DNA of 8,544 nucleotides from an archaeon (GTDB lineage Archaea; Iainarchaeota; Iainarchaeia; Iainarchaeales; CSSED10-239): NCBI GenBank assembly GCA_035387745.1, contig DAOOON010000027.1, positions 1 to 8,544 of the forward strand, read 5' to 3'. Shown piece by piece: positions 1 to 5,443 of this stretch (position 1 is its first letter; each line of letters starts with the position of its first letter). The notes under the pieces were generated by a model. It saw only the letters and a program-made list of their open reading frames with translations, ran no database searches and was not told where the DNA came from. The position numbers and the translations under genes were made by a program.

Positions 1-4
1 TAAT

Positions 5-1615
5 TTAATTTGTAATTTTCCATAAAGATGAATCTTCAGAAGATGTTCCATCCACAAGTGTGCCTTTAAAAGTAATCATGTAATCGCCACTACTTTTACA
101 ATTAAAACTATATGTCTTATTTGTTATTGGAATAGAATTGTTGCCTAAATCAAATGTACTAGAATAAACTCCTGTTAAAATATACTTACAGTTGTTTGTG
201 GGTTCATAATTACCTGTAAACGCATTTTTTAATTTAATTGAAGCAACTAAATTAAAAGCTCTTCCGTCTTCGCCGTCTACCGAAAGCACAGTATTAAAAT
301 TACGATTTCTTCTAATACTTCCACTCTCTGGAGTAAGAATTAATTCTATTGCTTTTTTACAGTTACTTGTATCGATTTGGCAATAATTTGAATTACAACT
401 TAAATCTCCGATTAACCAAGAAGAATTGACGTCTGTACATGTTTTTCCAGAAAATTCTCCCAGATCTTCGCCATCACATTGCTCGCTGCCTTCAATTATG
501 TGATTACCACACATTTGATTAGAATATACTCTTGAACAACCATTATTTGAAGAAAATCTCTCTTCTTCTAATTGAGTCATAGTACTATAATAACGCCAAC
601 CAGAAGTTAAATTTGTATTTAAAATAATTTCATTAGTATTTGAATTTTCAACAGACAGAATTGCACCTGTTGCTGATTGGTTTGTGTCGTATATTAATTG
701 AACTATAGAATACTCTCCAGCTAATAATTCTCTAGAATCAGAAGCCCAACCATTTATCCAAACGTACTTTGGAATAATTACAATCTCGTTTGAGATATCA
801 TGATCTGGCCACAACCAAACCTTTGTTTCATCATCACCAAGAGCAGAAATTATAACATTTGTAGTTTCTGATAAAACAAAAGAATTATACAAAAAATAAT
901 AATCCTGTATATAATGGCAATCGGAACTTGGGCAAAGCCAAAGTGCACTTGGATCTGGCCATGTCGCCATGTTTCCTCTGGTAAACCAGTTAGGGTCTGT
1001 GGTGTTATAAGGCCGCCAACCGCCGCTCTCAAATTTAAGACACTCACTTGCTGGCCAGAATTCACATTGTGTTGTATCAAACAAACAACTTTCATTACAA
1101 GATAGAGCTCCATAATCAAAATTTAAAGAACTACAACTTTCGCTATTTAAATCTTCGCCATCACATTGCTCTGCACCCTCTATAATACCATTACCACAAA
1201 CTGGCAAAGCCACACAGCCAGAAGTATTAATTGTGCAATCGAGATTACAAGATAAATTCCCAGAAGAATCGGGAATTAAAGAAGAACAAGTTTGTACTCC
1301 GAAATTCAAAGAATCACACTCTTCTCCAGAATCAATATTTCCATTACCACAATTTTCTGTACAACAATCACTAGAACAGTTTTCACAAGTCTCTCCTGAT
1401 TCACAAATAAAATTACCACAGATAATTCTGGTTGGAGAAGTTACCTCTGAATAATTAATGGGTGATTGGGCCATACCTAAAACACTATCGGACTTCGACA
1501 TAGAAAATTGAGCAGAATGTTGATTTAGATAAAACATACCAAAAAGAACCATACCAATAATTATTACACTAATTACAACCAAAACTTCTAATGCAACTTG
1601 GCCTTTTTTACTCAT
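5..1615 (-). CDS. Class III (prepilin-type) signal peptide protein with cysteine-rich repeats and a central beta-sandwich (PA14-like) region; putative pilin-like surface adhesin (~536 aa)
   Basis: The ORF track gives 5..1657. I place the start at the internal ATG 1613..1615 (residue 15, MSKKGQVALEVLVVISVIIIGMVLFG) because a GGAGGTG Shine-Dalgarno (1623..1629, minus strand) lies 7 nt upstream of it and would fall inside the longer ORF. The N-terminus is a short basic leader, then KG|Q, then a hydrophobic helix with Glu at +5, which is the archaeal class III / type IV prepilin pattern. The mature part holds a CGNFICESGETCENCSSDC motif and three 6-Cys repeats (CGNGxIExGExCD...C...LSCNxxC...C). 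The stop TAA is at 5..7. Confidence 0.75.
   Translation of the reverse strand: MSKKGQVALEVLVVISVIIIGMVLFGMFYLNQHSAQFSMSKSDSVLGMAQSPINYSEVTSPTRIICGNFICESGETCENCSSDCCTENCGNGNIDSGEECDSLNFGVQTCSSLIPDSSGNLSCNLDCTINTSGCVALPVCGNGIIEGAEQCDGEDLNSESCSSLNFDYGALSCNESCLFDTTQCEFWPASECLKFESGGWRPYNTTDPNWFTRGNMATWPDPSALWLCPSSDCHYIQDYYFLYNSFVLSETTNVIISALGDDETKVWLWPDHDISNEIVIIPKYVWINGWASDSRELLAGEYSIVQLIYDTNQSATGAILSVENSNTNEIILNTNLTSGWRYYSTMTQLEEERFSSNNGCSRVYSNQMCGNHIIEGSEQCDGEDLGEFSGKTCTDVNSSWLIGDLSCNSNYCQIDTSNCKKAIELILTPESGSIRRNRNFNTVLSVDGEDGRAFNLVASIKLKNAFTGNYEPTNNCKYILTGVYSSTFDLGNNSIPITNKTYSFNCKSSGDYMITFKGTLVDGTSSEDSSLWKITN
359..511 (-). repeat. Third copy of the six-cysteine repeat (CGNHIIEGSEQCDGEDL...C...LSCNSNYC...C), separated from copies 1-2 by the ~160-aa central domain
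   Basis: Residues 383-433 carry the repeat. It shares an identical 21-nt block (464..484 = 1151..1171, encoding EQCDGED) with copy 2. Confidence 0.7.
1064..1351 (-). repeat. Two tandem copies of a ~45-aa six-cysteine repeat (CGNGNIDSGEECD...C...LSCNLDC...C and CGNGIIEGAEQCD...C...LSCNESC...C)
   Basis: In the translation, residues 103-148 and 154-198 of the ORF-track protein align with conserved Cys positions. The CGNG..E.GE.CD start resembles the Myxococcus cysteine-rich repeat family (myxo_disulf_rpt). Confidence 0.7.
1526..1615 (-). other. Class III signal peptide / pilin-like N-terminal helix (MSKKG|QVALEVLVVISVIIIGMVLFGMFYL)
   Basis: It has a basic leader, Gly at -1, Gln at +1 and Glu at +5, followed by about 20 hydrophobic residues. 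This matches the Class_IIIsignal family pattern (KGQ.s.E + hydrophobic), the type cleaved by PibD/EppA-type prepilin peptidases. Confidence 0.65.
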
Positions 1616-1622
1616 AGCTATA

Positions 1623-1629
1623 CACCTCC
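1623..1629 (-). promoter_or_regulatory. Shine-Dalgarno GGAGGTG for the pilin-like gene
   Basis: The reverse complement of 1616..1635 reads TCTGGGGGAGGTGTATAGCT followed by ATG. The spacer is 7 nt, and the motif is complementary to the conserved 16S rRNA 3' end. Confidence 0.7.
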
Positions 1630-1660
1630 CCCAGAAACTACAAATATATTTAGGCAATAC

Positions 1661-1674
1661 TTTTTTATATACTT
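1661..1674 (-). promoter_or_regulatory. TATA-box-like element (AAGTATATAAAAAA on minus strand) upstream of the pilin-like gene
   Basis: It lies about 46-59 nt upstream of ATG 1615. A TSS about 25 nt downstream of it would give a short leader that contains the SD. The genome is AT-rich, so specificity is limited. Confidence 0.35.
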
Positions 1675-1680
1675 CTTTTT

Positions 1681-1710
1681 AAAAAAATAGCAGAAAAGAG
1701 AAAGAAAAAT
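1681..1710 (-). terminator. Oligo-T tracts immediately downstream of the 900-aa gene (ATTTTTCTTTCTCTTTTCTGCTATTTTTTT on minus strand)
   Basis: Archaeal intrinsic termination uses T-runs, and runs of T5, T4 and T7 start 1 nt after the stop codon (1712..1714). Confidence 0.4.
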
Positions 1711-1711
1711 C

Positions 1712-4414
1712 TTATCTCTTTCTAAAGACTAAAAATAGAACAATAAGCACAACAATACCCAAAAGAATAGAGCCAGCATTCTTTAAAGAAAAGAAAGCAC
1801 TTAATGGCGATTTACCAGAATCTAAAGTAAGCTTTTCATTTGCTAACTCTTTACCTGTTGCCTTGTCTTTTATCTTTATGTCTAGAACTTTATCTTCTCT
1901 TAATCTTGTTGGAGAAACAATTTTATAGATTTTTGTAATCTCTTCGTTTGGAAGAAGATAAATATTTTTCTCACCATCAATCACATATGTGTCTGGTAGA
2001 CCAAAATCAACTACGCCTTCTTGAATATTATTTGTGTTGTTTCTTAAAGTTAAAGTGATGGTATAAGTTCTGTCTTGAGTTGCAGACTGCTTAGAACTAG
2101 ACACTATTGTTATCTCTGAAGTTGTTGGAGAAAGACTAATAGTTATTGGATATTTATTAACTAAAAGACTACCAGAATATAACTCTATATATGCTTGATA
2201 ATCAATTTTTTGAGCACTTTGTGGAATACTTAAATCTAAATCAACTTGCTTTGTTTGATGTGCCGAAAGAGTCACAGATATAGGAGAAGAACTAAAAGTG
2301 TTTGGAAGCCCTGCAAGTTTTAAAGTTACTTCTTTTGAAACCGTAAAACTATTATTTACATTTACTGAAATCTTTGGATTGTTTGATAATGGGCTAATAA
2401 AGGTTGGATAGGAAACTAAAGTTATTCTCTCTGATTCAGAAATATTGTTGATTATGTTTGTAAAGGTTGACTTTGAGGCGCAACCATTTAGATAAGCAGT
2501 ATAGGTTATGTTTGTTGGATTATTGAAATTTGAAAGAGTGATATTTTGTGAAAAATTATCATTGCCGCTTAAGAAAATAACACTTGGGTTTGTGGTTAAA
2601 CCGTTTGAAGTTATTTCAATTCTTCCGTTTTTGCTTGTATAATTTTTAAAAGAAACATTTATTGATTCTTGGCTATTGTTTACAGAAACTGTTGATGGCG
2701 CAATAATGTCAATACTACAACTTGAACCAGAGAAATTGGAGCCGTTGTTTGTTGAAGTGTTGTTTGTCGGGGTAGATCCTGAAGTTAAATTGTTAACAAT
2801 TATATCAAAATATTCTGTGCCAATATTTGAAGAACTACAGGTTTTGCCATCAGAAAATCTACCAGCAACTAAAAGCGTACCTCTTGCGTATTCTGTTGTA
2901 CTTACATTTATTGTTTTTAAATTAAAATTTAAAGAACTAGTGTCTCTTGCACTTATTGTTTTTGAATAGTTTAGATTGTTTATACTTACAAAACTTGAAT
3001 TGTCATTTAAACTTAGACTTGTTATTGTAAATGTTCTATCTGAGTTATTTAAAATATAGAAACCATCTTCTTCTGAAAAATAATCAGTACTGTTCTCTGC
3101 TTGACTAATATTCATGGTATAGAGATAAATATCGTCACAGCTTGTTTCATCGTCGTCATCATCATCAGAATCGTTGTCTCCATCGTCTTCAATTGTTACT
3201 GTGATTGTTGCTTTTCTTGTACATTCTCTTATCTCGTCAGAGCCATCAACAAAAGTGCCTTCTACTTCTAAGGTTAAGTATTTTGTTATATCATAATCAA
3301 AATCATCAGCATCAAGTTCTATTTCTAGATACTCGTAGTCATCTGAATCTATTTCGTCTGGCCAGTCTTCAATTGAAACATCTAGACCGTCTCTATCGCT
3401 TATTGTTATGTCATCAATCTCAAAGTCGTAATCATCTGAATCATTTTCTAGTTTTATTTTTCTTGTGCTTGTCTCGTCATCATTAATTGTAAAGCGGGTG
3501 TTTGTGATATCTAGGTCTGAACAACTAACGTCCTCTTCGTCATCATCGTCGTCATCATTGTCTTCTTCACTTATGTGATATTCTACTTCGTAAGTTTTTG
3601 TACAGATTGAAGAGTTTGGATATCTTGCTTTAACTGTAATTGTAAAAACAGAATCATAATCGTCACTTACTGAATCTGCTTCTATATCCATTCTTACTGT
3701 TCTTACTGAAAGATCAGGAACCTCGTCAGGATAATCTATATCATCAATATCTAGTTTTGCTGGATCGCTTGTATAGACATCAACAATCTCCAGATCCTCG
3801 TTTGCTTCGTTTTCTATATAGAAGCTATAGGTGTCTGATTCGCTTTCATCAAGATAGATATCTTGAGTTCCTGAAAGAACTATGTCTGAACAGTCAGGAG
3901 TTGTATTTTGTGGAAAATCAAAATCATCATCTGTTGGGGTGTCTTCTATAAAGTAATAATAAGGTGCGTTATTTACTGGATAAACATAAGCATAGCTGTA
4001 TGTGTTATAGTAATAACCAGTTGCCTCTGCATAAACCTTAACCACATAACCATAATAGTCAGGAGTTAGATAGAAAACATTTGGATAAACATACTCGTAA
4101 GGGGTTGAATAACTATAATAGGTTTGGCTTGGAACAGAATATAGGTAGGTTAGATTACCATAGGAATCAAGGCCATAAACCTTTGGAGAAACAACAACTG
4201 GAACATTTGAATAACCCGGCATTGCTTGAAGCCTTAATCTTAAACTAACATTATCATAATAGTTTCCATATTGAATATTTAGATACTCTTGGGAACTATC
4301 AGTATTTACATAATAATTAATTGCAAACGGATCTGCATAAACTCCAGAAATAACTATTGCAACTAAAAATAACAAACTAACCAAATATTCTTTTCTCATA
4401 ATATTTTTCTCCAT
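1712..4414 (-). CDS. Large secreted, C-terminally membrane-anchored modular surface (S-layer-like/adhesin) protein, probable glycoprotein, 900 aa
   Basis: The long ORF has a Sec-type signal peptide (MRKEYLVSLLFLVAIVISGVYA|DPF). It has a Tyr-rich N-terminal domain and four modules, each bracketed by a Cys pair (C175/C271, C298/C398, C426/C526, C566/C645). These eight are the only Cys in the protein. Other features are poly-Asp/Glu linkers, about 29 N-x-S/T sequons by my manual count, and a C-terminal TM helix followed by RKR. The start is ambiguous: ATG 4414 has no SD, while ATG 4399 (Met6) is preceded by GGAG 9 nt upstream and by TATA-like sequence about 25-32 nt upstream. Confidence 0.85.
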   Translation of the reverse strand: MEKNIMRKEYLVSLLFLVAIVISGVYADPFAINYYVNTDSSQEYLNIQYGNYYDNVSLRLRLQAMPGYSNVPVVVSPKVYGLDSYGNLTYLYSVPSQTYYSYSTPYEYVYPNVFYLTPDYYGYVVKVYAEATGYYYNTYSYAYVYPVNNAPYYYFIEDTPTDDDFDFPQNTTPDCSDIVLSGTQDIYLDESESDTYSFYIENEANEDLEIVDVYTSDPAKLDIDDIDYPDEVPDLSVRTVRMDIEADSVSDDYDSVFTITVKARYPNSSICTKTYEVEYHISEEDNDDDDDDEEDVSCSDLDITNTRFTINDDETSTRKIKLENDSDDYDFEIDDITISDRDGLDVSIEDWPDEIDSDDYEYLEIELDADDFDYDITKYLTLEVEGTFVDGSDEIRECTRKATITVTIEDDGDNDSDDDDDDETSCDDIYLYTMNISQAENSTDYFSEEDGFYILNNSDRTFTITSLSLNDNSSFVSINNLNYSKTISARDTSSLNFNLKTINVSTTEYARGTLLVAGRFSDGKTCSSSNIGTEYFDIIVNNLTSGSTPTNNTSTNNGSNFSGSSCSIDIIAPSTVSVNNSQESINVSFKNYTSKNGRIEITSNGLTTNPSVIFLSGNDNFSQNITLSNFNNPTNITYTAYLNGCASKSTFTNIINNISESERITLVSYPTFISPLSNNPKISVNVNNSFTVSKEVTLKLAGLPNTFSSSPISVTLSAHQTKQVDLDLSIPQSAQKIDYQAYIELYSGSLLVNKYPITISLSPTTSEITIVSSSKQSATQDRTYTITLTLRNNTNNIQEGVVDFGLPDTYVIDGEKNIYLLPNEEITKIYKIVSPTRLREDKVLDIKIKDKATGKELANEKLTLDSGKSPLSAFFSLKNAGSILLGIVVLIVLFLVFRKR
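1715..1819 (-). other. C-terminal tripartite anchor / candidate sorting signal: ...SGKSPLSAFFSLKNAGS + ILLGIVVLIVLFLVF + RKR-stop
   Basis: A polar motif, a ~15-residue hydrophobic helix and a basic cluster sit at the extreme C-terminus. This is the same architecture as the PGF-CTERM/PEP-CTERM class of signals recognised by archaeosortases and exosortases. Confidence 0.5.
3143..3190 (-). repeat. GAY/GAR trinucleotide-rich tract encoding acidic linker EDDGDNDSDDDDDDET
   Basis: The plus strand reads ...tcatcgtcgtcatcatcatcagaatcgttgtctccatcgtcttc. The tract lies between modules B and C. Confidence 0.8.
3527..3568 (-). repeat. GAY/GAR trinucleotide-rich tract encoding acidic linker EEDNDDDDDDEEDV
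   Basis: The plus strand reads tcctcttcgtcatcatcgtcgtcatcattgtcttcttc. The tract lies between Cys-bracketed modules A and B. Confidence 0.8.
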
Positions 4415-4431
4415 AATTTAAAAATGATATA

Positions 4432-4459
4432 GAAAAAAGGAAAAGGTGTTCCTTTTTTC
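4432..4459. promoter_or_regulatory. Perfect 11-bp inverted repeat with 6-nt spacer (GAAAAAAGGAA-aaggtg-TTCCTTTTTTC) in the divergent intergenic region
   Basis: I read it directly: 4432..4442 is the reverse complement of 4449..4459. It sits 18-45 nt upstream of the 900-aa gene's first ATG. It could be an operator or a 5'-leader hairpin, and its function is unknown. Confidence 0.5.
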
Positions 4460-4547
4460 AAATTGGGGGATTATTAACTTTGTCTAATTAATAAATATCT
4501 ATTGAGACAAAAGCTTTAAAAAGCTTATGAATTTAGAAAAACAATTG

Positions 4548-4584
4548 CTTTTTAAATATTTCAAGTATCTATTAAATATATTTA
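4548..4584 (+). promoter_or_regulatory. Promoter region with two TATA-like boxes (TTTTTAAATATTT and TTAAATATATTTA) for the 128-aa gene; a partial SD AAGGT lies downstream, outside this interval, at 4595..4599
   Basis: The boxes are centred about 52 and about 29 nt upstream of ATG 4607. AAGGT lies 7 nt upstream of the ATG. Confidence 0.35.
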
Positions 4585-4606
4585 CGCAAACATTAAGGTA
4601 ACTATC

Positions 4607-4993
4607 ATGGTTGAAGAAAACTCTAGAACTTCTCAGGATGTCAAAGCATTACAGTCAAGCATACTTGTGTTATCTGAGAAAATAAAATATCTTGTGCATA
4701 ACGAGAAGATACTTAGTAGAAACATACTTGTTCTAAATAAAAAAGTAGCAGCAAAAGGAGACGGTGGATCAGGAATTAATGCTGCAACAAATGAACAGTT
4801 TAAGGAATTACAAGCAGACCTAAAAGAACTAAAAACAAAGATTAGGGCAATTGAATCAACTCTTGAGATGATATCTAGAAGATATGCTAAAGCCGAAGAC
4901 CTAAAAGAAATGAAATATATCGTAGAAAATATTAATCCTTTGGAATATACAACTGTTGACCAGGTAAAAAAACTAATCAAAGAAAATAAATAG
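4607..4993 (+). CDS. Hypothetical coiled-coil protein, 128 aa (two heptad-rich helices joined by a GDGGSG linker)
   Basis: The plus strand is purine/A-rich like the other coding strands here. The product is K/E-rich with heptad-like spacing of hydrophobic residues, and there is an upstream TATA-like box and a partial SD. I recognise no family. Confidence 0.65.
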   Translation: MVEENSRTSQDVKALQSSILVLSEKIKYLVHNEKILSRNILVLNKKVAAKGDGGSGINAATNEQFKELQADLKELKTKIRAIESTLEMISRRYAKAEDLKEMKYIVENINPLEYTTVDQVKKLIKENK

Positions 4994-5001
4994 TTTTATT
5001 A

Positions 5002-5442
5002 TCAGAAAAACAATTTCTTGAAAATCAATTTATTTATTAGGTCTATTTCTTTTCTGGACATTTGACTTAATATCTCGTCAATTGTTTTATTCTTTGCTTT
5101 AATGTAATCAACAAGGACATCTGCAATTTCTAAATCAGATTTATTTGTTCTTGCAAGAGTTTTCTGATTTTTTGGATCATCTCTTAATTCTTCAAATAAC
5201 AAATAGATTTTTACTTTGTGTTCTCTTGTAATCTCCCCTATATTTAGACCGTGAGAACTTCTTTTTAGGCCTTGAAGGACATGGTCTATAACTTCAGAAA
5301 CTTCTTTTTGTTTAAGCAATGGAACTTTTTGATTATCAAACTTTTTCTTTTTGCTTTTTTCTAGTTCTTCTATATTTTGTTCTTCTGTTAAATGCTTTTT
5401 TTTTCTAACAACTGTTTTTCTATTATTTTTTCTGCTGCCCAT
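5002..5442 (-). CDS. Hypothetical Lys-rich protein, 146 aa, strongly basic N-terminus (MGSRKNNRKTVVRKKKH...)
   Basis: The ORF start lies 1 nt after the stop of the upstream 262-aa gene, so it is the last gene of the minus-strand operon. I recognise no family. Confidence 0.65.
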   Translation of the reverse strand: MGSRKNNRKTVVRKKKHLTEEQNIEELEKSKKKKFDNQKVPLLKQKEVSEVIDHVLQGLKRSSHGLNIGEITREHKVKIYLLFEELRDDPKNQKTLARTNKSDLEIADVLVDYIKAKNKTIDEILSQMSRKEIDLINKLIFKKLFF

Positions 5443-5443
5443 A

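Noticed and set aside
930-1030. Locally GC-richer patch, considered as a possible tRNA or ncRNA
   Set aside because: It lies in frame within the pilin-like CDS and encodes Trp/Pro/Gly/Arg-rich sequence (WRPYNTTDPNWFTRGNMATWPDPSALW). I could not fold a cloverleaf from it.
850-1454. Short ORFs 850..1119 (-), 914..1105 (+) and 1233..1454 (+) inside the pilin-like gene
   Set aside because: They are out-of-frame or antisense shadows within a long, well-supported CDS, with no start context and implausible compositions.
1616-1657. N-terminal extension of the pilin-like ORF (MPKYICSFWGRCIA) as given by the ORF track
   Set aside because: The GGAGGTG Shine-Dalgarno lies inside this extension, 7 nt upstream of the internal ATG at 1615. 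Starting at 1615 also puts the KKGQ prepilin motif at the normal distance from the N-terminus.
1715-1819. Assignment of the C-terminal tail to PGF-CTERM, PEF-CTERM, PIP-CTERM or VPXXXP-CTERM
   Set aside because: None of these signature motifs is present immediately before the TM helix. Only the generic tripartite architecture is shared, so I report it as an unclassified candidate signal.
3143-3892. Hyper-acidic modules as a sign of a halophilic (salt-in) proteome
   Set aside because: All the other proteins in the window are strongly Lys-rich and basic, so the acidity is local to this surface protein and not proteome-wide.
2676-3951. Plus-strand ORFs 2676..2969, 3205..3486 and 3757..3951 inside the 900-aa gene
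   Set aside because: They are antisense shadows. The 3205..3486 and 3757..3951 products are Leu/His/Arg/Gln-rich strings produced by reading Asp/Glu codon runs backwards.
4633-4980. 115-aa minus-strand ORF antisense to the coiled-coil gene
   Set aside because: Its product is a low-complexity F/S/L/I-rich string. Open antisense frames are expected opposite Lys/Glu-rich (AAR/GAR) coding sequence. It has no SD or TATA context, and the strand composition favours plus-strand coding.
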